A program made the translations under genes and the position numbers. From contig NC_087437.1 in assembly GCF_036321535.1 (NCBI RefSeq), forward strand, positions 107,510,001 to 107,574,000: a stretch of 64,000 nucleotides of DNA, written 5' to 3'. This document shows positions 1-13,370 of the stretch, piece after piece (position 1 is the first letter of the stretch; each line of letters begins with the position of its first letter). The notes below the pieces were generated by a model. The model was given only the letters and a program-made list of their open reading frames with translations. It did no database searches and was not told the DNA's origin. The stretch is from Camelus dromedarius. Taxonomy: Eukaryota.

Positions 1-479
1 AAGCACTGAGAAATTAGCTAAAGAACTTTGCAATTAGGAGAAGAAACAAAAGTTTCAAGAAAGAGAAAATCTTGTGCATCTAAAGAAAAAAATAATAATT
101 CAAACCAGATCATAGGGAAAGTTCTGGAAAATATGATTGGATATAAGAACATAGAAGTAAAAATAAAGAATAGGTCACTTATGAACTGTAATAAAATATT
201 CTAAGACAAAGTTACTGTGATTTTAGGCCACAGAGACAGCTACCGAATAAATTTGTCAAATTTTATCACCAATAATCTTTTGTGATTCAAAGTCCTCAGA
301 AGGCAAATTTAGGATATGTAAATGGAAAATAGAAAATTCTGACTTTTTAGGGTTATGAATAACAGAATTCTCAGATACCCACATACATTTCCCCCAACAC
401 ATGATTGTAGTAGCTAAGCATTTCTGAGCGGAGGAGAGGTACTCTGTGCTAAGTACGTTACATTCATTCACTCATCCAA

Positions 480-620
480 TTCTGTGAAAAGTTGTATGAG
501 AATTTTGTTATTATTACTGACATTTTACAGACGGTGTAATGGAAGTCACATAGCCAGGAAGTTGTAGAGAAAGGATTTGAACCAAGACAAGCTTCCTCCA
601 GAGTCCTTACTGTGAAGCAC
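480..620 (-). mobile_element. MIR SINE fragment
   Basis: 'cattttacagacgg...gtcacatagccaggaagttgtagagaaaggatttgaaccaagac' resembles the reverse MIR core and B-box. Confidence 0.65.
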
Positions 621-1449
621 TTTGTCTAAGATTCCTTGTTTGTTGTGTTTGTATTTCAATATTATCATATATGGGTGAATAGAACCAGAGTTGGTCATCT
701 TTGAACAAATTTGGTAAAGCAGGGCTTTTTACAGAGTAGCTTTGATGGACTGCTCAGAGATATCACATTTCCATTGGGTTTCATAATTAGGCTCCAAAAC
801 TCATTTGAAGGTGAACATTTTTTTCTTGTGAATAGGTCAAAAGGTTTGTTCTCGGTACTGATTATTCTCCATTTCTGACCATGGTGGAAAATCTAGTTAA
901 TTTTCCAGTTATTAACAGCTGGATAAAGAATATTGTCTCACCCAATGTTTTAATATTCCCAGAAGTTCTGGCATCACTAAATAAGCAGTTCTGTTAAAAT
1001 TTGTTCATCTTCTTATACTTCATTTAGTATTATCTTTAAATACCTTCTCTCATACTCACTTAGAGGCACTTGGCCAATTCATTCCAAGCTTTCTTGATTC
1101 ATTTCTCAGCATGAAGTGATTTAAACTCATAACAATAGCTATTGAAATAAATTCTTTTAGCCCAACCTAGTATTAGATAGGTTACTTTTACTTGTTTCAA
1201 TTTTCACCATAACTCAGAACTATTATGATTGTCACTATTGCTGCAGGGCCCAAAGTAATAAATGTCACCCTTATTTCTCAATATTTAATTCTAGCCATAA
1301 ATCAATTTAGAATGCTAGGCGTGGAGGCTCCTTAAAACTCTTCTAGTTCAAACTCTCATTGTCAAAGATACCAGACAGTGTAAATTATTTGTTCAAGTTA
1401 TAATCATAATTATTTTTATTGCAACTATAATAGAAAGTATATGATTATT

Positions 1450-1670
1450 AGAAAACTAATATTTGTTCGATTTTTTTAACTTACAGAGTATTTTACATGC
1501 ATTATTTCATTGATCTTGTTGAAAATTCTGTGAACAGGTAGAACAGGTGTGAGGGTTATCAGAGTTCACCAGGAGGAAAAGATAAGCATCCAGAAGGTAG
1601 GTGATTTTTCCCAAGTTCGTCTAAGTGATAAACAGAGGCCAGGGATTCAAATTTAAGACTTCTGTTCCTC
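1450..1670 (-). mobile_element. MIR SINE fragment
   Basis: 'ttttacatgcattatttcattgatctt...ccaagttcgtctaagtgataaacagaggccagggattcaaattt'. Confidence 0.6.
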
Positions 1671-1899
1671 TTTATCATATATGAATAATCTGTTTTTATT
1701 CTTCAAATGATAATAAATATCCTAGAAGGATAAAGAACATCTAGTTAACACCCCTACACTCAGTACCCAGCTCAAGGAAGAAAACATTGAACCAATTGAT
1801 GGGCTCAATACCCTCTTCCACAGAGTGCTTATTCCTTCATCTTGTAATAGATATTTTGTTTTTATATCAATGCTGCAACAAGCATTTTTGTTCCTATAT

Positions 1900-2900
1900 T
1901 TTGATTTGAGTTTGTGTAGAGAGAGTAGAATTCCAAAGATTATGCACATTTCCAATTGTGTTTAATATAGTGGTTTCTTCCTATGATGGTCTTTATTTAC
2001 GTCTCTGATTAATGATGAAGTTGAACACATTATCAAGGAAGTACACAGACACATATGCACCATTTGAGTTCCCTCTTCTAGAACTTTCCTGTACAAAACC
2101 TTTAACTCTCTTTTTGATGGCTTATTTTTCATCTTATTGATACAAATTTGGGGTAAGAATTCTTGCATATTATGTTTACATATACATTTTTTCCAGTGTT
2201 TGCCTTTTATTTTAACTTACATATTGCCTGTTTTCATGAGCTAATATTTTAAACATTTAAAACATTTTAAACATCTAATATTTTTATCTTCATCTCGCTT
2301 GTTTTAGCTATTTATATCTTGTTCAATAAACATTTTCCTTCTCTGAAATAACAGGGCTATTCTTTTACACATTATTTTAAATGTCTTAAAGATTTTTTTT
2401 ATTATTGTTTATTGCTGGTATATGAAAATACAAGTGTATTTTGTTACCTTAGTAATATCAGTTGCTAGGTGTAAGTTTTTCTTGTAAAGATGTTTTAAAG
2501 TTTTGACATGTACTTTTAGGTTTAATGTGTTTTGAATTAGATTTTTGTGTGTATCTTGAAGGTATGTATCCAATTTAATTTATTGCATGAATAACTGTCC
2601 CAGCACCATTTATTGAATAATGTAAACCTTTCCACTGACAATAAACTGGTGAGTTTATTCTACTTTATTTTAATTAATGACATAATTTTATTTATTCCTA
2701 CCTGTATATTTTGGGATTTCTATTCATTCGTCCTATTTTAATTTATCTCTTTTCCTGTCTTTTTTGAAAATGAAAGCTGTTTTTCTCTTGTTTTTAAGTG
2801 GTTACTGATATCTGAGCAGGCTTCACTAATCTAAAGTAAATCAATGTTTTCACTTTTCTTCAGAACAATGCTCAAATATGTAATGCTGAAAATTTAATTA
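1900..2900 (-). mobile_element. Ancient L1 (L1ME-like) fragments
   Basis: Antisense L1 motifs 'tctctgattaatgatgaagttgaacac' and 'tgtcccagcaccatttattgaataat'; T-rich strand; boundaries approximate. Confidence 0.6.
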
Positions 2901-3699
2901 ATTGAATAGTTTTTGCATCTGAATAATTATAAATATTACTACTCATAATTGGTTGCAGAGTAATCAAAGTCTTGGTGATGAGTTGGTGCGATAGAAGCCA
3001 GCAACACTTTCCACCCGCTGAAAACACAACACAAAACTAAACAAAGCAACAAATCCCCTCATTCCTGACCTCCTTCTGAAAACTATTTCGGAGTAAAATG
3101 AATCTAAATATGCTAGCTGTGGCAATCCTGTATTCATCTTCAGAGTAAAAAGTGGCATTTCAAACTGGAGGAATTTATTATACACATATTAATATATATT
3201 TTAAAAGGAGTATCAGAGCCTTCAACAAAAGGAGACTTGGGTAACAGTCTCATTTTACAGCATCCTTGGAGAATCTCTGGATGAGCACCTTGGGTACCCG
3301 ACGGCTACACATCCACCATGATTTTGGTAACCCTAGGGCTGACATTTGGGGACGGGATCTGGTATCATAATACTTTTTTATTTTTGTACCAGGTATCATA
3401 CCTTTGTTTTCCTTCTCTTTTACAAAAATGAACCTTGGAAACTGAGAAAAATTAGCTTTGGTTTTTGCTATCAAGCAAAACTTGGAAATTTTGGTCTGTC
3501 TCTGGGATAATTCTTCAGAGTAAATATTCTCCTAAATCACCAATTTTAGGTAAAGCGCTCATTAAATATCACATTGTTTCAGTGTAAATCATTGAAGACC
3601 TTCAGGAGAATACTCGCGTACTTAGGGAGTTTATCAGTAACCTGTAGAGGACTGAATTACATTAATAATTAAATACAGGTAAGTCTGTTACTTTTATAA

Positions 3700-4090
3700 T
3701 GTAGTATTACAGTTATAAGTTACCACAAACAAAGCAGGTTAAAACAACAAAAATGAATTGTCTTATAGATTATATAGTCCAGAAATACAGGTAGGGTCTT
3801 GACTGGGCCTTCTGCTTGGGGTCTTCTAAGACCAAAATCAAGCTGTCAGCAGGGCTGCATTCCTTACTGTAGGCTATGGGGAATGATCTGCTTCTGAGCT
3901 CCTTTAAGTTGATGACCAAATTCAATTTCCTGAGGTTGTGGGACTGGTTCCCCACTTCACTGCTGACTGTCAGCTGGGGACCAGACTTGCTTCTAAAGGT
4001 TGCCATCATTCCTTCTCATGCTACCCAGGTAATGGCCCTTAGCAACATGGGTCTAGTTCATTTTATATTCTGAATCTCTCTGACTCTCCC
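3700..4090 (-). mobile_element. MaLR LTR (MLT1 family)
   Basis: 'taccacaaacaaagcaggttaaaacaac', 'aaaatcaagctgtcagcagggctgcattcctt', 'aattcaatttcctgaggttgtgggactg'. Confidence 0.75.
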
Positions 4091-4099
4091 TTCCATCTT

Positions 4100-4620
4100 G
4101 ATATTATCATAAAATGTTTTTTTGTATACTTGGATAACACTTTGAAGAATTGCTTCTTTATATTAATGGTTTCTGATTCTATGATTTTTCTCTAATTTGA
4201 TTTTTTACCTCAATATTATATCTTGCAATCAATCCATGTTAATGCATGTTCCTTAGCTTCATTTACTTTTCACTTCTGTATAGTTTTCCTTATACAAATA
4301 TGTCACAAAATTATTTTGTTGATAGAAATTTGGACTGCTAATTTTGGACTGGTATTTAATTTTTTCTATTATAAAACATTGCTAAGAATGTTTATATCTC
4401 TCCCAACTCATATGTAAGAGTTTCTTAAGGGAACAACAAAGAAAAGGATTCCTAAATCAAAAGTGTGAATTTATATAATTTTGCAAGATGATATCAAATT
4501 AGTTTCAATAGTGATGTTGCCAGTTTACATTCGTATCAGGAGTATATGTGAACCCCCAATGACCCACATTGCTTGCCAATTTGGTATTGCTGGTCACTTT
4601 TTATTTTCACAATTATTTGT
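4100..4620 (-). mobile_element. Ancient L1 3' fragment (L1ME-like)
   Basis: 'ccagtttacattc...acattgcttgccaatttggtattg' and similar antisense L1 3' motifs. Confidence 0.55.
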
Positions 4621-4639
4621 AATTATGTCCTCTAAATGC

Positions 4640-5340
4640 TACCTTCAAAGTATATTTCGAATCTAACCTGAACAACTCTCCTCTCTTACTTGGATGATAA
4701 TAGTAGAGACTGCTAACTGGTCTCAGCATTTTAACTCTAACCACACCCTGTGCAATCAGTTGTCCATTCAGCAGACAGAATCATCAAATAGAACTTGAAT
4801 ATCAGATCAGGTCAGTTTCTATACTAAAATCTCCCTATGCCTTTTCAATTCACTTGGATTTAAAATCTAAGGTGATCCTTTCTGTAGACCAGTATGACTG
4901 AGCTCTTGCCTTCCTTTCACAATTTATCTCCTCTTTGTAAAGTCCTTCTTTCAGGCCTCATCCTTGCCAAGCTCTCTTTCATCACGGGGCCCTTGCTCAG
5001 ACTATCCTCTCTGCCCAGAACACTCCTACCTATGCTTGCCTTCTGCTAATCCTTATTCTTCAGCTGTAAGCTTAAATTTCACCTCTTCTGGAAAGTTTTT
5101 TCCGACTACACTATTTACATTAGGTTCCACCTCACAAGAAATCTTTTATTTTAACTGTTTTCTTTGTAAAGTTTAAGTAGTGTCTGGTTATTTATTATCT
5201 GTTCAATTATGATTTTGTTTTCTCTTCTAAATGGTAAGCTCCATGAAGGAGCTTTGTTCACCATTTGTTACCTCTTTTGCATTCTCAGACCCCAGTACAA
5301 TGTAGGTGCTCAATCTTCATATGTTACTTGAATAAATAAA
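4640..5340 (+). mobile_element. L2 LINE 3' portion
   Basis: 'taactggtctc...cattcagcagacaga', 'taagctccatgaagg', tail 'gtaggtgctcaat...ttgaataaataaa'. Confidence 0.7.
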
Positions 5341-5769
5341 TACAATATAGGTAGATTTTCATAGTTATATCATTGTTATCTTATACATTGGTTTAAATTA
5401 TTTACATTTAAATATGCTACATTTATATATATATATATATAAAATATTTGTTTTTATATGGAGTAAGTAAAAGAGCTTCAAAATAAAAGAAATAGGATAG
5501 AGATTGCTATACAACTGCTAGGATATGACTATTAAGTAAATGTGTCATAGGTACATTTATCTTGATTTAATTATTTAAATTCTAAATGGGAAAATAATTA
5601 TAGAGCAGTCTCCCCAGCATGGATTTCCATGGTTAGTAAAATAATCAGACTCCAGTATACTTGTACTTAGATAAAATCTTCATGTAAAGGAGGATTTAAA
5701 AAATCGCATGTCATCACTACATGCCATGACTTCCATAACTAGAATTATTTCAGGGGCCTTATTCTGTCA

Positions 5770-5990
5770 GATATTGTACTCAGAGCTCTATGTGCATTAT
5801 TTTATTTAAACCTCCCACCAATCCCATAAGTTGAACACTATCATTATCCCTGTTTTATATGGAAGTAAGGCAAATCCTGGGATGTTTAATCTTAATCACC
5901 TGCCTAAAGCCACACGGCTAGAAATGATAGAGTTGGGGCTTGAACTTAGAGCTGTCTACCTCAAAAGTGTATACCTTTAAATGCTGTGCT
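5770..5990 (-). mobile_element. MIR SINE
   Basis: 'tattttatttaaacctcccacca...attatccctgttttatatgg...cacctgcctaaagccacacggctag...gggcttgaact'. Confidence 0.7.
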
Positions 5991-7559
5991 TGCCAAGAGC
6001 CTTCTTTAATTCGCAATTTTAGTTATCAAAACCATGTTATTATTTGAGAGCTATTAGGCATTCAGTGCCTTTCAACTTTCCCCCTACTCACTATCCTGAT
6101 AGTATTTCTTACAGTAGAAAATAACATAGTAAGAGACTAAAAATTGAGGTATATCGAATGTGTAAGAGAAAGTTTGGAAGAAAGAGGGAGACTAGGAAAA
6201 GCAACAAAAATTAGATCTAAAAATCTCAGAAACCTCTGTTGATTGTAGTTATTTTGTAAAGCAAATACCTCTAATGTCATATCTATAGCCTGGAAAAAAA
6301 CCAGTAATTTATGTCCACTATAATATCCCAAATCATGAAGAACGATATGCAATGTGCAATGTACTTTTAAACTTGCTACCCTTTAAAATGAAATATGTCT
6401 TTGAGTTGAAAGGATAAACTTGATTACCTGGAAATTAACTATAATTGAAATAATTTGTAGAGACTAATGAAAAAAAAGTAATAGGAGGCTGTGACAGGTA
6501 GAAGAGAAATAATGTTTAATTTTACAACATTCCCTCCGTTAATTTTACAACATTGCTCGCTGTTCTAGAGCGTAACATGTTGTAATACATATTCTAGATG
6601 TGTATTGGATTCTTATTTAAGTATCTGTACTGTCAAACATACAAACAAACAAAAATCAAACCATTTCTTTGAACAAACAATTCCAGTTCACTAATTCCAT
6701 GTTCCTACCATTGCTCCATTTAAATCTCTTTTTGCAGCCTGAACTAATAATTCAATCCTGGCAGAGTCACGTGTTCACAACTGCTAGGATTTGTGCTATC
6801 CTTTTACTGATTGCCCATCTTCTTCTAATAGAGTTTATCTTGGCCATATTGGATTTGAGAGCCTTGGGTTCATGTGGAGTTTCTCTTTGCTTTCGATATT
6901 CTGTTTTTCTGCAAATTTTTTCTTTGTTCTTTGTCCCAGTTGTGACAAGGTATTTTTCTCCCAACTTGTGGCCAGTAGAGCAGACTTATGCCAATAATGG
7001 AACATTCTATCAAACTGCCAGGCTAGACATAATGCCATCTTGGATATAGCCCTAGCCAAGATGTAAATCATAGGCATGTGTTCTACCAACTGAGCCAGCC
7101 AGAAATCTCTTTCCAGCAAGCCAGAGGAAGGGCTAAGTTTTTACCAATCAGCAGATTCTTTTAGCAAAGAAGAGCAAAATGTGAACTGAATTTCTGCAGC
7201 CCTTCAAAATATGTACTGCAATGGTTTAGAAGAGCTGAAGAGCATCTAGCAAAATGGCACCAGACTCTTCACTTTTCTACATCTGTCCTCTTTCCCCCAC
7301 CCCTAGAGCAGAGACACTTACCCTGTGTCTCTATTTCCCCAGGCCAGATTTCCAGGTTTGGAGAGAGAATACACCTAGATTGGTTTCCTTATTTAAGTTT
7401 GTTTCAGAGTTCATAGGGGCCAATGTATGTGTACATCAATTGGAAAAAAAAAATCACAATTAGATTTCACTTTTTTTTTTAAGTTAGAAAAGGAGACTAG
7501 TATTCACTTATTAAAAATTCACTGGGAAGTCATTATTGGGATATTATATTTTAAAGCCT

Positions 7560-7666
7560 AAAAAAATGAAAGAAAAAAGAATAAAAGAAAGGGAAGGAAA
7601 GAAGGAAGGAAGGAAAGGAGAGAAAGAAAGAAAAGAGAGAAAGAAAGAAAGAAAGAACAAAGAAAA
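7560..7666. repeat. Purine-rich (GAAA/GGAA)n low-complexity tract
   Basis: Directly visible; accounts for ORFs 7536..7733 and 7558..7773. Confidence 0.9.
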
Positions 7667-7869
7667 ATGGAGCTATCAGCATTGTTTTGATTTTTCATTA
7701 AACAATGGTTTATCCTATTGTCAAAGATTATAGTAATTTTCTGATAAAATATTATGCATGTAGAATTAAGCACATCCCTCTCTGTACTAGGTCAAACAAT
7801 TTTTTTAAATGTTCAGAGACTTTATGAAGGTAGGTATATCAATCAGAGACTCATGTAGTACCAAATGAT

Positions 7870-8000
7870 ACATCATACCATTTTTAGTCAGATATACCTG
7901 AGTTTGTTTAGAAGTTATATAATCTTGGGCAAATTAGTTAAACTTTCTGATTTTCATTTCCTTTTCTGATAATGGGCATTAAAAATAACTAGTTTATTAA
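7870..8000 (+). mobile_element. MIR SINE fragment
   Basis: 'tcttgggcaaattagttaaactttctgattttcatttccttttctgataatggg'. Confidence 0.55.
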
Positions 8001-9651
8001 GGTTCATAAAAAAATAAAATACATAGCATATATATGTTCATAGATATGGTATGCATGCTCAACAATGTCTATGTTTTTCTGTCTCCTCTGTATGTGTGTG
8101 TACATGTGTGTTTTGGGGGGTATGAGCAGGCTATGTTTATTTCTTTCACCTTTTAGCTGAGGTCTCATCCCTTCCCTTATTTTCTTTTTCACTTAAAAGT
8201 AAACCAAGGACTCCCACTTGGTTATATTTTATATCATATATTTAAACTTTTCCTTTGTTATCTAAATTTTATGGATATTCAAAACTGATAGCTACAGTGT
8301 TTCCCAAGTCCAGGAAAAATGCATTGATTGTCCCAAAATGCCTACAGATTTTTAAGTGAGTGGACTAATTGTTTTATGATCGAGGGTTTGCAATAATTTA
8401 TTTTTAATTTTTTTAACTCTTATTGTTAAAAATTGAGCTAAATGATGAGAAAAAATCAACTTTACACAAGTTAACTGTGCTACAAGTTTCATAGACACAT
8501 TTTTACAGTTTTGTTTGAATTGTTATCATGTCATGAATGTGCATATTCCTAAGAAATGTATAATATTGGAAGTAGAATTTTGATAAAAATTTACCAAAAC
8601 ATGTATATCCTGTGACATCACTTTATTTCAGAAGGATGTTATCCAGAATATCAGACTATGTATGAAAGTTGAATATACCTAAATATAACAATAATTTAAT
8701 TACATGGCTCAATTTTGGTTTTGGAATTGTTTTGAGTAATGATTTAATTCTAAGACTGAAGAAATTTAAGGGGATATATGTGGGTAATTCTAGTGGGAAA
8801 AAGCCCAGTTGTGTAGACAATCAGAATGAACAGGCTGAAAATAATTTTAGAGAAATACTTTGTAGTTTGCTATTTCCCTGATAATGTAACTGATGGAAAT
8901 ATGCTTCATTGGGCCATGTCTGGCTAAAACTACTTGTTCCTCATGATTAGTTTTATATTTCTGCTATCTCTTATAAAATAAATAAATCCTACCAGTTTAA
9001 TAGAATTGCTCAAATTTACATACTTTTATACCTTCAGAAATTTGTGTTTCATCACATTTGTAAGGGGATGGAAGAGTCTCACTTTTCATTCTCATTTTAT
9101 TTTTCATTTATTTGTAAGTAAATATAATGTCACATGATATAGCTTACATGTCCCTGGAGGAATTTGTCAATCCTGACACCTCCCTGATCTGTTTGAATCA
9201 ATCTTTACAAGAAATACTACCAACCTTGCAGAATTCTGCTAAAGACAGCAAATCCAGCAGTCAGCTTTATAAAGTACTACAATGTCCTAAAAGTACAAGT
9301 TAAGCTGATTTTGAGACAAAATTGTCAGTGCTCCTATTCTGATTTTATTTGTTTGGCCTGGGCCCAAACACTTTATATATAAGGTGTTATATATGCCTCA
9401 AGTCATGTTAAGGTAAAAACTATTTTAGGAATTTCCTTGCCTGTCACTAAACGCTGCAGTGCATTATTGGAAACCATGTATTCGTGCTATCATAGCTACT
9501 AACAATGGTAAATGTAAAGAGAAATACATTCATTTTCTTGCAAACTCTAATTATTTGAGGAATTGCTTTATAGGCCTGTCTGAAACATGAATTTTCCCCT
9601 CTATATCAAAATTAGAAGTTTAATAATATCTATGAAGAATTGAGGCTGAAA

Positions 9652-9790
9652 ATCTATGTGTGGAGATGAATGTTAACTAGTCTTATTGTGGTGATTATTT
9701 TGCAATATATACAAATATTGAATCATTAGTTTGTACATCTGAAACTAACATTATGTTACATGTCAATTATACCTCAATTTTTAAAAAATA
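9652..9790 (+). mobile_element. 5'-truncated L1 3' end (L1MA-like) with TSD
   Basis: 'gttaactagtcttattgtggtgattattttgcaatatatacaaatattgaatcatt...gtcaattatacctcaat' plus A tail; TSD aattgaggct (9638-9647) / aactgaggct (9791-9800). Confidence 0.85.
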
Positions 9791-10962
9791 AACTGAGGCT
9801 ACAATAGTATTGGTATCTAAATTTCTGAAGTGGATGACTCCTGACCTATGCAGTGTTTCAATATTTTATCAACAAATATAGATACAGAGATAACCTCAAA
9901 AAAAATCCATTGTAAAGAAAATTGAAATATTCAATGAGCCTTTACATACTACTTTCAAAATAAAAATAAAACAAAAAATTACACACCTCTGCTTTAAAAG
10001 GTGTACTATTATATTTAGATTTTTGAGTTTTACTTGGGTTACCCTTAGGTAACTAAATAGCAGTGGACAATAGTATAGGTAATTATAATTTTTTTAGTAT
10101 ACATCCATTATATGTTCATTTATTAATCTGAGTCAAAGCAAAAACCTAGATTATCCTTGGAACTTATGGACTGAAACTAGAGTTATGAATTATGATCCCT
10201 GCCTATTTTTTTATTTATTTTTTCTTCCTTCTTCCTTTATTTCTTCTTTCTTCCTCTTCTACCTTCCTACTTTCCTTCCTCTTCCTTTCTATTTCATTCA
10301 CACATTCAGTCTTTTTAAAAATATAAAATGTCAGCAAAACAGTGTTAATAAACATATCCTTCTACACAATCAAAAGCTGGTTTTGGTTTACACTTTGAAT
10401 GAACAAATACTTATCTCTGATAACAACCAAAAATATTCAGTAGCTCCTTATATATACTTAAAACATTTTTCTACAGGAAAAAAAAAAAAGGAAAATATTC
10501 CCTTCTTTGAAAAGTTCTAAAAACTAAACTTGTTCCACTAGATCAATAGTACCCTACTCATCCTATTAAAAAAAAAAAAACACTGAATAAGTTTTTTTTT
10601 TCTATTTTGACTTTCTCTTCCGTTCTCACTGATTCATTACCATTTCTTCCTAAGAGGAAAATAATTTCCTTAAGATTCTGTTCAAATAGCATATTTTACT
10701 CCATGAAATGTCAACGCTTATGCTTGAGAGATTTTTGTATCCAAAGAAAATAGCTAAAATGAGGTGCTGTCATCACTTGAACCTAATGGAATTTGGGTGT
10801 TTTTTTTCTTTGACATGATTCTTTAGGAATCCAGTATATGTGACAAACTACATGCCATCCATTATCTATGTTATGCTCCAAGAAAATGTAAAGTACTCCT
10901 AAATATGGTAAATTCAATTTATTACTTTGAAAAAAAAAAGTTAAACTCATCTAACACCTGGA

Positions 10963-10964
<2 letters not shown>

Positions 10965-10994
<30 letters not shown>
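10965..10994. repeat. (TG)n microsatellite, about 15 units
   Basis: Directly visible. Confidence 0.95.
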
Positions 10995-10996
<2 letters not shown>

Positions 10997-11539
10997 AAGA
11001 GAGATCAGTGTGTAGTCTTTTTATATGTCACTATCGATGAGGTATAGACTTTTTTTAGGTTTAAGCTAACTTTCTTTGATTATTTTTGAATGAGTTGCCA
11101 AAATACTTCTTTAGGAAAATTGAAATTCTTTAATTTCCTGATCTAACTATGGCTGAGTTCTTCATGGTGAGTCTGTATATTCTCGGCAAGTTTTTATTCA
11201 TTTCATTTATTGTTTAAATTTATAGTGATTAAAACAACAATGAGCCATGTTCTTTGGTTTTTATTAAGGTCTTTATGTCATTCTATTTACTTCTCACAAT
11301 TTTGTAATTTAAAGAAAAGTATTTGTCTTATTTATTATTTGTATTATTATCACGTAATATTTGAAGAACCGGAATCACAGATAAATTAATTTTCAGTGTT
11401 CATGGAAATATTCACTAATGGGAAAAGTGTGGAACCCATATCTCACAATTCTTCATTTAGCATTTCCTCTACCTTCTACCACCATTTGACCACTTCATAG
11501 ATGTACAGCAAGTTCGTCTACTTCAGTTTGTCTCTTCTT

Positions 11540-12100
11540 GTCTTTTTTCAACCTAATCTCTGTACTCAGTAATGAGCAACACAAATCTGATTCTATAACT
11601 GCTGTTTCCAGCCTGTCTTTGGGTTCCTATTACTCTCAAGATTAAAGCCAATCATTTACATGATCCGAGAGATACTGCAGTATTTTTCTCTGCTGACCAG
11701 ACCAACCTCATTTCACTTTTTCCAGTGTTGTCTCTACTTTAGTTACATTAGCTTTTATTCAAATTGTGGATCCTCTGGCAGGGTGGGGGTATAGCTCAGT
11801 GGCAGGGCATGTGTTTAACATGCACGAGGTCCTAGGTTCAATCCCCAATACCATAAAAAATAAAAATTTAAAAAAAAAAACACTTTAAACGAAATTGTGG
11901 ACTTTCTACCACAGGGATTTCCAATACTGTGGTCACATTTTCTAGAATGCTATTTCTACCTTTTTCATATTCCCAACACTGTTTTTCTTACTTCTTTCAG
12001 ATTTCCAGTTAACACCACTTTCCTACACCTCTGAAATTTCCATTATATGCCTAGACTTCCTAGAGTAGGTAGCCCCCGTACCCATGTAAATCACTAGTTG
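11540..12100 (+). mobile_element. L2 fragment interrupted by a SINE
   Basis: 'aacacaaatctgatt...tactctcaagattaaagcca' before and 'tttctagaatgctatttc...cagatttccagtta' after the SINE. Confidence 0.55.
11781..11880 (+). mobile_element. tRNA-derived SINE, Vic-1 (camelid) type
   Basis: 'gggggtatagctcagtggcagggcatgtgtttaacatgcacgaggtcctaggttcaatcccc' (A and B boxes), A-rich tail, flanking direct repeat aaattgtgga at 11761-11770 and 11892-11901. Confidence 0.85.
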
Positions 12101-13179
12101 GCTTATTGTTTCTACAAAGTGAGTTTTGAAGAGATGACATCATCTCATTGCATCCCCATAGTTGATCACTTTGAGATGTGGTCCACCTCCCAACCACCAC
12201 TGCCTCCTACCAGTCTCTATCTTGATGAAATATAACTGAATGCAGGCAACAGGGGATTCTTCACAAGTGTACCTCCTTGCAGGGTGCAGTGAGATGCTCT
12301 GTTTTATAGGACAAAAAGCTACCACACTTCTTTACCCTTTCCTTTAATTAAGCTGATACAGTCTCTCTAGTAATTTGCATGCTAAATATTTTTAAAACTA
12401 CTGAAAAACTTGATAAACACTCTGTTCTTAATCAATACTCTAAGTTATGATATCTACTGGAAACATTTACACTCTATAAATAGCCACTTTGATTGGCTAC
12501 CTATTTCAAATGGCTTTTCAGTCATGAAATGAATTTATGTAGGGTTTTGTGTTTCATAGTACAATCCCCTGTTTTGTGGGATCTCAGCACTGTCTTCTAG
12601 ACTCAGCAGACATTGTGTTAGAGTTTCCAAATGAGTTTCCAAACTCTGTTGACTTTCACCGTAAATCTTGCTAGTAGTTATTTTCTGGAAAGATTTTTTT
12701 TTAAACCATAAAAAAGTATATATGTGCTGTTTTCAGCTTGGCAGACTCCACACGCATTGTTCTCCACTTTGTGGTGACTACAAATTCGAATGTAGCCAAA
12801 TGTAAACTTTGCTCTGGCCAACTTGATCAGCCAAAATATAACTTTATTTACCAAATTGTTTCTTTCAGGGATCTTATCAACTTTCTGTACTGGTTTTCAA
12901 TTTCTCATTTAGTAGGAGTTATGAATACTCTTTAAAGATCATTAGTAATGGGGATGTAGCCCACGGATCAGTGAGGAGCAGCCGGAGCAGTACCAGGCAC
13001 ATAGTAAGTAAGTGATCAATCAAGGTGTGTTGACTGAAATATTCAGGATAATGTGGAGGAATCCCACAGACATAATGGTGAGCTAAAAGAAGTTAGATGA
13101 AGAAGAATGATGTTATATGATTTACATACATTAGAAAAATAGATAAAATTAATTTATGCTGTTAGAATCCAGGATAGCA

Positions 13180-13370
13180 GTAAACTACTGGGAAGAGGCA
13201 AAGTCAGATGGGACTCATGAGAGATGGAGGGAGTCACCATGGGTTGGCTGGCAGTGCTCTGAGTTTTGGCCAGCATGCTGGTTACAAGGATGTGCTTAGT
13301 CTGTGAAAATTCAAATAGCTGAACACTTGCAATATGGATGTATATTATCATTTAATAAGTACTGAAAAAA
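13180..13370 (+). mobile_element. Old L1 3' end (L1MC/ME-like)
   Basis: 'ggttacaaggatgtgcttagtctgtgaaaattcaaatagctgaacactt...tatattatcatttaataa'. Confidence 0.6.

Noticed and set aside
7060..7102. tRNA-like A-box on the - strand ('ggctggctcagttggtagaacac')
   Set aside because: No B-box or cloverleaf follows; at most a decayed SINE head, not a tRNA gene
10185..10520. 111-aa ORF
   Set aside because: Built largely on a CT-rich low-complexity tract; no recognisable protein
11781..11852. Possible tRNA gene
   Set aside because: A-rich tail, flanking direct repeat and imperfect stems indicate a SINE
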